Assembly (NCBI GenBank): GCA_016193365.1
Contig: JACPSI010000120.1
Coordinates: 2,640-66,639, forward strand
Reading direction: 5' to 3'
DNA length: 64,000 nt
Source of the DNA: Ignavibacteriales bacterium
GTDB taxonomy: Bacteria; Bacteroidota; Ignavibacteria; UBA10030
Shown here: in pieces, positions 28,577-38,997 of the stretch
Numbering within the stretch: the first letter of the stretch is position 1
Layout: every line of letters starts with the position of its first letter
The notes under the pieces: model-generated
Seen by the model: only the letters and a program-made list of their open reading frames with translations
Databases searched by the model: none
What the model was told of the DNA's origin: nothing
Position numbers and translations under genes: made by a program

Positions 28577-28622
28577 GGCTTTCAGAAAAGCCACAGAGGG
28601 CAGTTTGTATCGCAAAATCTCA

Positions 28623-28997
28623 TTAAGCGGATGCAGGCAGGAGTACGTTCCGAACGAGTTTTACGAAATCGTCAATGTCGAAGGGTTTGGTGACATAAGC
28701 GGTAGCACCAAGTGCTTGAGCCTGTTTTTTGCTTGCTGAATCATCGAGCGCGGTCAGGAAAATAAACGGGACATTTCCGACTTTTGGTTCGCTTCGGACC
28801 TTCTGGAACAATGTGAACCCGTCCATCCCTCCCATTTTCATGTCAGAGATGATCAAATCGGGTTGATACTGGGGAACTTGTTGAAGTGCTTCTTCAGCGG
28901 TGAGTGACTTCCGAACTTCGTAGCCTTCTTCCTCGAGAACGGATGCCACAATATCGATCAGCTGTTCTTCATCTTCAACGAGAAGGATGTGCTTCAT
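28623..28997 (-). CDS. Single-domain response regulator (CheY-like)
   Basis: ILLVEDE, DLIISD.KM..MDG, FLTA, YVTKPF; GGAGG RBS. Confidence 0.93.
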   Translation of the reverse strand: MKHILLVEDEEQLIDIVASVLEEEGYEVRKSLTAEEALQQVPQYQPDLIISDMKMGGMDGFTLFQKVRSEPKVGNVPFIFLTALDDSASKKQAQALGATAYVTKPFDIDDFVKLVRNVLLPASA

Positions 28998-29107
28998 GGG
29001 GGACGCCTCCGCGTGATTTCCAATTGAAAAGCTTCCGTGAAGGTAGAGCGAGGAACCCGGAAGTAGCGTGATGCCTGACACAGAACGTTGGACAAGAATC
29101 CGGGATT

Positions 29108-29725
29108 TCAGAGCACAGGCGGAAACCGCTTGAAAATGATAAAGTGATTTCCTAAGTGAATCGGCGATGTGAATGAGCCGTCTCTGAGAGAGGAGAGCAT
29201 CGTCTGCACATCATCAGGATACCGGCGAATGTTTACTTTGCCCAAGCGTCCGCCGTCAGAAGCTGATACGGACCTGGAATGACCTTTCGCGAGCCTGGAA
29301 AAATCTTCTCCAGAATGAAGCAAAGAATAGAGTGAATCTGCTGAGGACGCCGATTCACAAACAATTTCTGCCAATTCCATGATTCTTGGTTCGGTAAACC
29401 GAACAAGAACGGGGAATCGCATCCAGACACGGGTGGGCTTACCTTTCGCCAAAGCCGGACTGAACTTCCAACGATACATCGTCTGGCGGGCAAGAGAATC
29501 CCAAACCGCGTTCACCGCTGGACTGACGAACTCGACATACGCAACATTCCCCTCTTTGTCGATGAGGAGTCGAAGGTCGATCCGAAGATGTTTTTCAACA
29601 AATGAGTCGACAGCGGGGAGTGGGTCCTGCAGTATGAGCTGCGGTAATTTATCCTGAAGGAGCGCTTGCTCCGGAGCGCTACAGCTTGTGAAGAGAAGGG
29701 CGAAAACGACGAGTGGCAACCTCAT
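29108..29725 (-). CDS. Lipoprotein: TonB C-terminal domain fused to PpiC/parvulin rotamase domain
   Basis: LLFTSC lipobox; WKFSPA..GKP..VWM..PV.V.F; GEDFSRLAK.HS..S...GG.LG, SPI......IFKR. Confidence 0.75.
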   Translation of the reverse strand: MRLPLVVFALLFTSCSAPEQALLQDKLPQLILQDPLPAVDSFVEKHLRIDLRLLIDKEGNVAYVEFVSPAVNAVWDSLARQTMYRWKFSPALAKGKPTRVWMRFPVLVRFTEPRIMELAEIVCESASSADSLYSLLHSGEDFSRLAKGHSRSVSASDGGRLGKVNIRRYPDDVQTMLSSLRDGSFTSPIHLGNHFIIFKRFPPVL

Positions 29726-29745
29726 CCGTGAACCTCCGCACTGGT

Positions 29746-29774
29746 AAGTTACACATTCGCCTTGCGTCTGTCAA
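29746..29774 (-). promoter_or_regulatory. Sigma70-type promoter
   Basis: TTGACA-17bp-TAACTT. Confidence 0.55.
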
Positions 29775-29818
29775 ACAACAGCACACTGAACGGCCCTGCC
29801 TATACGAGAACCGCCTCA

Positions 29819-32653
29819 TCATTGATTCCAACCCAGCACCCACTGAGTTCCGCATATTCCCTTGAACGGACAGCGAGGGCATTGTTCCTCCAGGTTTTCC
29901 GTCGCACGGAACGGCGTTTTCACGTCAACAATTTCGTTCAGGGTTTTGAACAGCACGTGCTCAAGTTTTTCGTATTGCACCTCCTGCGGCAGGTCTTTGT
30001 CAAAAAGCGGCGATTCGATGGTGGCGTCAATCTTGCTTTTTCCAATAAAAAGGAAGGCCGGCTTGATTTTTTCCACTGGCACGTTCGTACTCAGTTTGTA
30101 CACCATCGCGTACAGGGGAAGCTGAAATGACCCAACCGAGCTTGCCAACGTTGAAGTGTCGTCGACATTCAGGTTTGCGATTTTCGTTTTGAGTTTAAAT
30201 GGATCTCCGCCTGTCTTGTAGTCCAGTATATGGGTATCGCCGTTACGGCGTTCGATGCGGTCCATGCGAACGCGAAACATGAATCCCTTGTAATCAATTT
30301 CCGCTTTCGACTCAAGTCCTTTCACGGTGATCGGTGCGGCCCCGGCAAGCGGGATTTGGTAGTTTCTCAGGAAACGTAAGAGCTGCTTTTCAATCTGCAT
30401 TTTCATGAGCGTGAGAGTGCCGTATTCGTATTCTCCGAATCTCTTCCTCATGTTGTCGTCGATAACTCTGCGCAGTTCTTCTTCATTCAGCGACTTTCCC
30501 GTCAGCGTTGTATCGAGCGTCGGCCGGTACCAATCGAGGAGAATGTCATGGATCAGATTGCCGATATCCCGCGCTTCAATATCCTCGGTCACTTCTTCTT
30601 TCTCTTCGAGCCCAGCCACCTGTGAATAATAGAACTTCAGAGGGCATTGCAGATACGAATCGAGCGATGTGGCTGTATAACTGATTCCTCTCAAGTATTC
30701 CCTCATCTCCGCCGTCTTTTCAACGGGCTGAGGAATCGCGTTCTTGAGTGAGAGCTGATACGAAATTGTTTTTATGAAAGCCTTCTCTTCGGATTGACGT
30801 TCCCGTTTCTGACGTTCCCACAGTAGCTTTTCGGCGAACCTGCTTTTTTCCCGTCTTCCGTTTTCCGTAAAGAACAGCCTGACTTCTTTTGCACCACGAA
30901 TCAGAGTATCGAAATAGGCTTCCTGAAGTTGTTCGCGATCATAGGTGGTTTCCAGGCCCAGTTCCTCGCGGATTTTTTCCGGCAGCAAGTTCGCCGTCCT
31001 GTTCGTCCGTCCCGGCAGCACATCTTCGTTGACGTCTAAGACAAACACACGGGAGAACCTGAGATTGCGAGTTTCCAGAAGCCCGAGCGCCTGAATTCCC
31101 CGCAACGGTGTCCCCGCAAAATGAACTTCGTTCGTGGATAAATATTCACGCACAAGCTTTACGTAGGAACGCTGATCTTCAAACGCATGAGAGCTCAACA
31201 GCCCGCGGGAGAGCTTGTCCATGCTTTCAATCATCTTTTCCGCAAAAGGATGGAAATACGGGTGCAGACGGGCCGTGCTCTCGTCATAGATGAAATTGAG
31301 GACGTCAACACATTTTTCCGAAAAATCTCTGACGTCGCGAAACTCCTCGAGAGGCCGGATTGTCCTGTCATGAATATATTTCAAATGGCGCTGGATATCG
31401 ATGGCCGCAATTGACTGATCAGAGCCGGAGAGAGTTCGCTGAACTTTTCCAAAAATGTTCTTTTGGGCTTCAAGATTTTCAAGCTCAAAGAATGTTGTGG
31501 CGCCTCGCTCGGCAAACTCCGCCTCGATCGTGTGGAACAGAACACGCGTGACATCCGCTCTTTTGCGAAAGAGGATGTTCTTTGTATACGGGTGCAAGGC
31601 AAACTTTATGTAGCTCGGTGCATGATATGCTCCCTGATACTTTGAGGCGATCAACTCCAGCACGCTGTCAAAAAAAGCATAGACGGGACTCCGCGCGAGC
31701 CCGTAGCCGAGCGAGATGTTGTATTGGTTTTCCTTGAGGAGCGAAAGCGTTTGGTGAAGCACCGGAAAAAGGGCATCGGACGACGGCAGGACCATGACGG
31801 TGTTCTCATCCAACGGGGCCTTGCGGTCGATCAGTTCTTGAACCTGAGAAGTCAGCGCAAAGACCTGGCCGTGGACATCGGGGCTCCTGTACATTGTCAC
31901 CGAAGGCTCTTCCGCCGGTTCGCCGACCTCCTCCGGCTCGAGACCCAGCTCAGCGACAATGCGTGAAACAAGCCTCGCATGTTGCAGCAGGAATGTCGTT
32001 TGATTCAACGTGAGAAGTTTACGAAAAATTTCGCGTTCCGCGTGCATCAAAGCAAAAAAACCAGCGACGATAATTGTTTTGTACTTGGTGAGACTCTCGG
32101 CCGTAAATTCTGTGCTCGCGGTGATGTATTTCATCGACCGTGTGATATATCCTCGTTTCGAAACCTCTCTGTAAAACCTTTCGAACAGGTCCGGCAACAG
32201 ATGAATTTTTCCATAGGTGATTCCGGAAATCTTTTCATGGACGAGTTTTGGGCTGCAGCCGGCGATTTTCAGTTCCTCGAGTTCGTCGAACAGTTTTATT
32301 CCGAGCGGCACAAATTCATCGAGGCGGTCGAAATGCTTTCCGCCAAACCGATCACGGGATCTGAGATGCTCTTCAAACAGGATTGCCACTACGTCGAGAG
32401 CCTCAAGGGTAGGCTCATGGTGACCAAGGATGTCGCTGTGAATCAGCTCGACGAATTCTTCCATGGAAAGCTCACGCGGCGGGATGAAACTCGTCCCCTT
32501 TTTTGTTGCAATTGCTTTCCTTAGAAAATATCCGGGTCGTTTGCCGGGAAAAATGACGAGGTTCTTCGAATAATCCAGCCCTTCGGCGGAGAGGCGTTTC
32601 AACACTTCGTCGATGAGGTTGACCGAGGGCGATATGAGATATGATTTTGCCAT
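29819..32653 (-). CDS. addB: AddB-like PD-(D/E)XK nuclease subunit
   Basis: IFPGKRP, GLLETRNL, CPLKFY, DRIE..ILDYKTG, CPRCPFKGIC Fe-S staple; follows addA. Confidence 0.85.
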   Translation of the reverse strand: MAKSYLISPSVNLIDEVLKRLSAEGLDYSKNLVIFPGKRPGYFLRKAIATKKGTSFIPPRELSMEEFVELIHSDILGHHEPTLEALDVVAILFEEHLRSRDRFGGKHFDRLDEFVPLGIKLFDELEELKIAGCSPKLVHEKISGITYGKIHLLPDLFERFYREVSKRGYITRSMKYITASTEFTAESLTKYKTIIVAGFFALMHAEREIFRKLLTLNQTTFLLQHARLVSRIVAELGLEPEEVGEPAEEPSVTMYRSPDVHGQVFALTSQVQELIDRKAPLDENTVMVLPSSDALFPVLHQTLSLLKENQYNISLGYGLARSPVYAFFDSVLELIASKYQGAYHAPSYIKFALHPYTKNILFRKRADVTRVLFHTIEAEFAERGATTFFELENLEAQKNIFGKVQRTLSGSDQSIAAIDIQRHLKYIHDRTIRPLEEFRDVRDFSEKCVDVLNFIYDESTARLHPYFHPFAEKMIESMDKLSRGLLSSHAFEDQRSYVKLVREYLSTNEVHFAGTPLRGIQALGLLETRNLRFSRVFVLDVNEDVLPGRTNRTANLLPEKIREELGLETTYDREQLQEAYFDTLIRGAKEVRLFFTENGRREKSRFAEKLLWERQKRERQSEEKAFIKTISYQLSLKNAIPQPVEKTAEMREYLRGISYTATSLDSYLQCPLKFYYSQVAGLEEKEEVTEDIEARDIGNLIHDILLDWYRPTLDTTLTGKSLNEEELRRVIDDNMRKRFGEYEYGTLTLMKMQIEKQLLRFLRNYQIPLAGAAPITVKGLESKAEIDYKGFMFRVRMDRIERRNGDTHILDYKTGGDPFKLKTKIANLNVDDTSTLASSVGSFQLPLYAMVYKLSTNVPVEKIKPAFLFIGKSKIDATIESPLFDKDLPQEVQYEKLEHVLFKTLNEIVDVKTPFRATENLEEQCPRCPFKGICGTQWVLGWNQ

Positions 32654-32658
32654 TCCTT

Positions 32659-32770
32659 GACCTTGTCAAGGTTCACAAGTTTCTTTCCGACCTTGACAAG
32701 GTTAACGAGTAATCTTGTACCTTCGTAACCTTGTCAAGGGCAATCTTATTCATGGTAACCTTGACAAGGT
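32659..32770. repeat. Two tandem ACCTTGTCAAGG/ACCTTGACAAGG REP doublets
   Basis: Units at 32659, 32689, 32727 and 32757. Confidence 0.85.
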
Positions 32771-32782
32771 CTGTATTACCGC

Positions 32783-35700
32783 CTATTCAACGCTTACGAT
32801 TTTTTTTATGTCTATGTATGCCACGAAACCTTGCGTTTTTTTCGTCGGATAGATTTCCCGTAAAATCTCCATGTAATTTTTCACCTGCGTCAAATACTCC
32901 TTCTCGTTTTCCTGCCCTCCGGTCTTGAAATCAATGACGGTCACGGTTCCGTCCTCGATCACGATGCGGTCGCAGCGAAAGAGTTCGCCATTTTTGTTGA
33001 CAAATTCCTGTTCGGTGAGCACGGTTTTCTTTCTATCCTTCTTGAAGAACGAACTCACTTCGCCTTCGACAAGAAAAGCTTTCACAGCCATGAGAATCTC
33101 GGACTGTTCAAACGAGTTCCTTCTGGACTTATCAACTCTCTCCCAGACCGACTCAAGGTCTCTGTCGATATTTGTATCGAGGAATTCCAAACGTGCCATC
33201 AGCTCATGGATCAGCTCCCCTCGCTGTGTTTCCTTCAAGGCAATTCGACGCTTATCTGATACTGCCACATTTCTTAGTGTTCCGCTGTACTGAACTTGTG
33301 TCAGTGTCTGCTGTTCCTCGAGGCCTAATCTCAGCTCTCGCTCCTGTGGTTTGCCGATTGTTTGTTCAACGAGGTATTTTGTCGGGCCTTTGCGCTCTTC
33401 ATTCATCACGCATACGATGTGCATTTCTTCCCGTGCACGCGTCAGCGCCACGTAGAGCTTATTGAGAGCATCGGCCTGCTGCACCAAGAGTTTCTCGTCG
33501 TGCAGGGCTTGCAACGACTCGCTTTTCTCGCCAATTTTTTCCGTGAGCGACAAGAGCCGGACGTCTTCGTCTCCCTCATCCATTTGCGGATCTCTCAATC
33601 GTGGTTCCTTATCCCTGAGGAAAACAAGGACGACGGGATAATCCAGCCCCTTCGCCTTGTGCACGGTCATCACGTTGACTGCGTTTGTCCCCGCAGGCAC
33701 AGACATTGTCCAGCGGTCCGTGTCATCTTTTTCCTCAGCATATTCAAGGAATTCTTTGAGACTGTTATTTCCTTCCTGTTCGTACGCGCGGACAGCCTCC
33801 AGGAATTTCACATGCGCCGCTTCTTCTTCATTGAACAGAGCAAGAACCTGGAAGATCTTGTATGCTTCCGAAACGAGGTCATATAGAGGTAAATATCCGA
33901 CCGATGTAAACAGGGGCTCAAACAAATCCGTCCAGTGTTGCTTGTATTTATCTTGAAATACCCTGTAAAGAGGAGAAAAACGGCGCTCGGATCGATGAAC
34001 CTCAAACAAAAGATTCTTGATTTCGTCCCTCAGCGATTCCGCAGCGAGCGATCCTGCCCGTCCCAGAAAAACTTTACCCAGCAAGAACGTCGCAAACGAT
34101 AGGTCGTCGACCGGAGAATCCAGAAACTTCAGCAACGCGATGACCTCGCCGACAGATTTTCTCCTGCGGACGTCGAGATTGCTGTGCGAGACAAACGGAA
34201 TGGACGGCTTGTGTTCGTTCAGCCACGAACTGATCATGATAACGTCATTGTTTTCCGGCGTCAGGATGGCGATTTCATGGTACTTGTATCCCCGGTTCAG
34301 GCAATCATCGATGCTTTTCATAACCTTTGCCCGCTCGGGCCGCGCTTCGACGTCGTGCGGGACGAGATGCACCCGCACAAATCCTTTGTTCTGTCGGTCT
34401 TTCGGCACTCGCTGGTCGACGTCGGAGAGGTCGCTGAGTTTCGCGGCCTCTGCATATTCCGACATCGGAATCGTGAGGCAAAAGAACTGGCGGTTGAATT
34501 CCACGATGTTCCCCAGACTCCGGTAATTCGATCGAAGGTCCAGGTTTGTAGGCTGCACAGACCCAAATTCGCTTCCCTGTGCAAGACGTTTCATGATGGT
34601 CCAATCTGCGCCGCGAAAGCCGTAGATCGATTGCTTTGTATCACCAACAACAAACAATGAGCCGTCTTTCGAGAGTGTTTCTTCCAGCAATGGCTTGAGG
34701 TTAAACCACTGGATGGGCGACGTGTCCTGAAACTCATCGATCAGAAAATGATGTACGGACTCCCCGAGTTTATAATAGATCTCCGGCACCATGCTTCTCG
34801 TGAGATTGTCTTTCAGTTTCCAATGAATTTCGTCCAGAAGTAATGCGCCGTCCCGGCGTGAAATTTCGTCAACATGGCCTTCGATAAGCTCCATCGTTCG
34901 CGCGTACGGATAAAACCGTGACTGAGAAAACACTTCGGCATATTGCGCGAGCAGCCCATAAAAGCGAGCCAATTCCTCTTCGATTGTTGTTCCGTATTTC
35001 TGAAACCCCGCGTGCTGTTTGACCGATGGTTTGTTGAAAGGACGATTTTTTTTTGTTCGTTCGAGTAGCGCCTCGATGTTCTTCTGCTTCGCTTCGTTGA
35101 GGTCATTCTGAAAATTGTGGCTTATCGTGAGACCCGATTCATCAAGCACTTTCTGCAAAGCCCGACCCTGTTGCTCGATGGTTTTTGCAATTTCTGTTAA
35201 TTCAGACGACTTGTCCTCCATGATGAGAGGTTTCGTTACCATTCTGAGCGAGCGATAGAGCCTCTGACATTCCCGGAGCATGTTGCCATACGGGTTCCAA
35301 AGAAAACGCAGGTAGCTGAACCGCGTCTGCTCAATCAGCGAGACAAGTTTCCTCAACAAATCCGAATATTGTGCCTGAGCGTCGGCATCATGGGCGAATT
35401 CCGCAAATGCTTCGGCGAGAGGTTTGTCGGGGTTGAATGTGATGTCGGCTGTTTGAGCGTAACCAAATTCGAGCGCCGTGGATTGGAATACCGAAATGAG
35501 AAAGCTATCGATTGTGCGAACCTGGAAATCGGAGAACCGTTCGAGAATCATTTCCAGGACATACTCCGCGCGGTCGCGCAGATCTTGTCCCTGCATGCTG
35601 ACAAGTTCCTGTACTTCAGCCGGGACCTCGCCCTTGCCGAGAGCCAGAGCCTTCAGATATTTGATCACTCTCTGTTTCATCTCCGCCGCCGCGTTGTTCG

Positions 35701-35872
35701 TGAACGTCATAGCGAGGATGTTTCTGAGATCGTTGTGTGAGATCCTCTCGGAAAGCAGCAGCTGAAGATATCTCAGCGTTAACGTGCGTGTTTTGCCCGA
35801 GCCGGCAGAAGCTGTGACGACCGTAAGGTCTGGAAGACTAAATTTTGTGTCAGATGTAAACATGCCGGGCAT
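32783..35872 (-). CDS. addA: AddA-like UvrD helicase-nuclease
   Basis: ASAGSGKT, TFTNNAA.EM, IDEFQDTS, VGD.KQSIY.FRG, TVHKAKGL, YVALTRA, DFKTG. Confidence 0.9.
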   Translation of the reverse strand: MPGMFTSDTKFSLPDLTVVTASAGSGKTRTLTLRYLQLLLSERISHNDLRNILAMTFTNNAAAEMKQRVIKYLKALALGKGEVPAEVQELVSMQGQDLRDRAEYVLEMILERFSDFQVRTIDSFLISVFQSTALEFGYAQTADITFNPDKPLAEAFAEFAHDADAQAQYSDLLRKLVSLIEQTRFSYLRFLWNPYGNMLRECQRLYRSLRMVTKPLIMEDKSSELTEIAKTIEQQGRALQKVLDESGLTISHNFQNDLNEAKQKNIEALLERTKKNRPFNKPSVKQHAGFQKYGTTIEEELARFYGLLAQYAEVFSQSRFYPYARTMELIEGHVDEISRRDGALLLDEIHWKLKDNLTRSMVPEIYYKLGESVHHFLIDEFQDTSPIQWFNLKPLLEETLSKDGSLFVVGDTKQSIYGFRGADWTIMKRLAQGSEFGSVQPTNLDLRSNYRSLGNIVEFNRQFFCLTIPMSEYAEAAKLSDLSDVDQRVPKDRQNKGFVRVHLVPHDVEARPERAKVMKSIDDCLNRGYKYHEIAILTPENNDVIMISSWLNEHKPSIPFVSHSNLDVRRRKSVGEVIALLKFLDSPVDDLSFATFLLGKVFLGRAGSLAAESLRDEIKNLLFEVHRSERRFSPLYRVFQDKYKQHWTDLFEPLFTSVGYLPLYDLVSEAYKIFQVLALFNEEEAAHVKFLEAVRAYEQEGNNSLKEFLEYAEEKDDTDRWTMSVPAGTNAVNVMTVHKAKGLDYPVVLVFLRDKEPRLRDPQMDEGDEDVRLLSLTEKIGEKSESLQALHDEKLLVQQADALNKLYVALTRAREEMHIVCVMNEERKGPTKYLVEQTIGKPQERELRLGLEEQQTLTQVQYSGTLRNVAVSDKRRIALKETQRGELIHELMARLEFLDTNIDRDLESVWERVDKSRRNSFEQSEILMAVKAFLVEGEVSSFFKKDRKKTVLTEQEFVNKNGELFRCDRIVIEDGTVTVIDFKTGGQENEKEYLTQVKNYMEILREIYPTKKTQGFVAYIDIKKIVSVE

Positions 35873-36043
35873 GAGCGAAAAATTAATTAGATCTTAAAAA
35901 AATGTTTGCTTCTCCGTTTTCGCAAAGCTTTTACTTTACGAGTGTGCTATTGTGGCAACTAATAAGCGGTCGGAGTTAAATTTCGCTTATGATGCTCTTC
36001 AACTTTTCTTAAGGTACGTGACGAATCTTCGATTTCCAAGCAA

Positions 36044-36072
36044 TTGACTTTCGGACCTCGTTTCTCTACATT
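36044..36072 (+). promoter_or_regulatory. Sigma70-type promoter
   Basis: TTGACT-17bp-TACATT. Confidence 0.6.
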
Positions 36073-36123
36073 GACGCCACATCGTTTTTCAATTCCGCTC
36101 ATTTTTCTCTTGCCGGAGGACGT

Positions 36124-38013
36124 ATGCATTTTCGAACGACTGTTGCGCTCTTGTCCTTTTTTGTTTTGAGTTGCCAACGGGGAGACTATCGCGAAGTAAA
36201 GGACTATACCATCGAACAATTCATGAACACGGAAGCCATCGGCGGAGCGTCTTTTTCCCACGATGAGAAGCTCATCCTGTATTCCAGCAAGAAGACGGGC
36301 ATATACAACGCCTACACTGTGCCCGTTGAAGGCGGCGAACCTACACAACTGACCGACTCCAAAACGAATTCCATTTTTGCCGTCTCGTTCTTTCCGAAAG
36401 ACAACAGAATTCTCTACCGGAGCGACCAGGGAGGAAACGAAATCCATCACATTTACCTGAGAAACGAGGACGGCTCGACGAAGGATCTGACGCCCGGTGA
36501 AAAAGCGCGGTCTCTGTTCTACGGCTGGAGCCACGATCAAAAAAGCTTCTTCTATGGGTCAAACAAGAGAAACCCGAAGTTCATGGATGTTTACGAAATG
36601 GACATCGAGACTTTTAAGCCGAGGATGATCTATCAAAACGATGAAGGGATCGACCTTGCCTCCATTTCGGACGACAAACGCTACTTTGCCCTCACAAAAA
36701 CGATTACGACGAACAATAACGAAATGTATCTGTATGACAACCAGACGAAGAAGCTCACGCATCTGAGCAAGCATGAGGGCGACGTCACATACTCGCCTGC
36801 GATGTTCAGCACGGATTCCAAAAACTTGTATTACCTCACCGACGAGGGAAGCGAGTTCACGTATCTGAAACGCTATGACATCGCATCCGGAGCCTCGGAA
36901 AAAATCGAGGATGCGCCCTGGGACATCAGTTTTGCAGACCTTTCCTGGAATGGAAAGTACAGGGTTGTGGGCGTGAACAACGATGCAAAGACCGAAATCA
37001 AGGTCTATGACCAGGCGTCGGGACAGCGCATCGACCTTCCAAAACTCCCGGCCGCAGACATCACTGCCGTCAATATCTCAAGGTCGGAAAAACTAATGAC
37101 GTTTTACGTGAACGGTTCCCGTTCTCCGAACAACCTGCATGTCTACAATTTTGAGACAAAGCAGTATAAGCCCCTGACGAGCACTATGAACCCTGAGATT
37201 GGAAAGGATGACCTTGTCGACGCGCAAGTTGTGCGATTCAAGTCGTTTGACGGCGTGGAGATTCCGTCGATTTACTACAAGCCTCATCACATCAAGCCGG
37301 GCGAAAAAACTCCGGCGCTGGTTTGGGTGCACGGCGGGCCGGGGGGACAGACTCGCACGGGATACTCACCGCTTATTCAATATCTCGTCAATCATGGCTA
37401 TGTGGTCCTTGGTGTAAACAATAGGGGAAGCTCGGGCTACGGCAAGACATTTTTCAAAATGGACGATCTCAAGCACGGGAATGAGGATCTTGCGGATTGC
37501 ATCGAGGCGAAAAAATTTCTTGCTTCAACCGGGGTGGTGGATACAAACAAGATCGGTATTATCGGCGGGAGCTATGGCGGGTACATGGTCTGTGCTGCTC
37601 TCGCATTCCGTCCAGACGAGTTTGCCGTCGGCGTTGATATTTTCGGAGTGACTAATTGGGTTCGAACGCTCAAGAGCATACCGCCCTGGTGGGAGGCGTT
37701 CCGGGAGGCTCTGTACAAAGAACTTGGCGACCCCTTCAAGCAAGAGGATTTCCTGAGAGCAAAATCGCCGTTATTCCATGGGGATAAGATCAAGAAGCCA
37801 ATGATCGTCCTGCAGGGAGCCAACGACCCGCGTGTACTCAAGGTAGAATCGGATGAGATGGTGGAGGCCATCAGAAAAAATGGCGTGCCTGTTGAGTACG
37901 TCGTTTTCCCTGACGAAGGACATGGTTTCGTCAAAAGAGAAAACGAGATCAAGGGCTATAGAGCGATTCTGGATTTCCTGGAAAAATACCTGAAGGGAAA
38001 AACGCAGGCGTAG
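36124..38013 (+). CDS. S9 family peptidase (lipoprotein)
   Basis: VHGGP, GGSYGG, QGANDPRV, DEGHGF; beta-propeller; LSC lipobox. Confidence 0.95.
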   Translation: MHFRTTVALLSFFVLSCQRGDYREVKDYTIEQFMNTEAIGGASFSHDEKLILYSSKKTGIYNAYTVPVEGGEPTQLTDSKTNSIFAVSFFPKDNRILYRSDQGGNEIHHIYLRNEDGSTKDLTPGEKARSLFYGWSHDQKSFFYGSNKRNPKFMDVYEMDIETFKPRMIYQNDEGIDLASISDDKRYFALTKTITTNNNEMYLYDNQTKKLTHLSKHEGDVTYSPAMFSTDSKNLYYLTDEGSEFTYLKRYDIASGASEKIEDAPWDISFADLSWNGKYRVVGVNNDAKTEIKVYDQASGQRIDLPKLPAADITAVNISRSEKLMTFYVNGSRSPNNLHVYNFETKQYKPLTSTMNPEIGKDDLVDAQVVRFKSFDGVEIPSIYYKPHHIKPGEKTPALVWVHGGPGGQTRTGYSPLIQYLVNHGYVVLGVNNRGSSGYGKTFFKMDDLKHGNEDLADCIEAKKFLASTGVVDTNKIGIIGGSYGGYMVCAALAFRPDEFAVGVDIFGVTNWVRTLKSIPPWWEAFREALYKELGDPFKQEDFLRAKSPLFHGDKIKKPMIVLQGANDPRVLKVESDEMVEAIRKNGVPVEYVVFPDEGHGFVKRENEIKGYRAILDFLEKYLKGKTQA

Positions 38014-38017
38014 GTGT

Positions 38018-38962
38018 TCAGGGAGTGAACGTTACTGTTGCGATCTTGTCGAGTTCGGTGGCGACAAAGAGTTTGCCTTCTCGCTGAACGAGTTCTGCAA
38101 CGGCAATTTCGACAGAAAAGAATGGCTTCTCGATTGGCAGGCCAAATGTGTCTGTGTCTGTCCTGTGGCAGACTACTCGAAGGTTGCTGAAGTATTCCTG
38201 GTAAGGTTTGAGCCATATCTCCGAGCGTAACGCCTGGAGCAGATCATAGATTCCCTGCTTTAGTCGGAAAACTCTGTCCGCGTCGAATGCGGTCTGGCTG
38301 TTCACATTCGGAAAAACAAGTTTGAACGACAGAAGTTTTTCCACCGGCGTAATTTTCACTTCTGAAGCGAGTTGATAGAAATCATGCGTCGGATGTTTGG
38401 CCGCATTGAGTTTGAATGTATCTGTAATATCCGTGACCTCCCCTGCCTTGAGTTGATCCAACTCAGCCTTCAGGTGAACAGACCGTAAGGGCTGAGCTCG
38501 CAGCCGTTCCACTTCTCTCAGAGCTTGTTCAGGGTCAGTGTGCGGAATAAACTTCCTCTGCGGTTTTCCGGCGGGAATTTCCTTTCCCGTTTGTTCGCGG
38601 TGAATTTGAGCTATGACGTGTTTGTCGAGTTCCTCAAAAATATCGTCTCGCTTCCGCGTGTAGTGCTCGAACTTCAACGAGGCGAGGAGAAACGGTTGGA
38701 CTCGCGCATAATCCAGAATCTCCGGATAGTCGATGAGCACTTTCGCAACAATGGAAATCAGGATAAACAATGTTCCAATCTCAAGGCCCACACCCAGGTC
38801 CGGACGCTCCATGATAATTGAGAAAAGGTCAATGACAGCCCACACCGGCCCGGCCAGACTCACGATCGTTATCCAGGCCAACACCCCTCCCACATAAGTA
38901 AACCACCCCGGTAAGAGCTTCTTTCCCCATGCCTCTCTGAGCAATCGAAGAAGATACCACAA
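38018..38962 (-). CDS. Hypothetical membrane protein
   Basis: 314-aa ORF with N-terminal TM helices; may start at CTG 39001 overlapping the upstream stop. Confidence 0.7.
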   Translation of the reverse strand: MWYLLRLLREAWGKKLLPGWFTYVGGVLAWITIVSLAGPVWAVIDLFSIIMERPDLGVGLEIGTLFILISIVAKVLIDYPEILDYARVQPFLLASLKFEHYTRKRDDIFEELDKHVIAQIHREQTGKEIPAGKPQRKFIPHTDPEQALREVERLRAQPLRSVHLKAELDQLKAGEVTDITDTFKLNAAKHPTHDFYQLASEVKITPVEKLLSFKLVFPNVNSQTAFDADRVFRLKQGIYDLLQALRSEIWLKPYQEYFSNLRVVCHRTDTDTFGLPIEKPFFSVEIAVAELVQREGKLFVATELDKIATVTFTP

Positions 38963-38997
38963 GCCGGCGCTCAGCGCGGATGTTAGCAGAAAATTCT

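Noticed and set aside
32659..32770. Possible mini CRISPR array
   Set aside because: Units are 13-15 nt and alternate in orientation, spacers are too short, and there are no cas genes; the AddB nuclease domain is not Cas4
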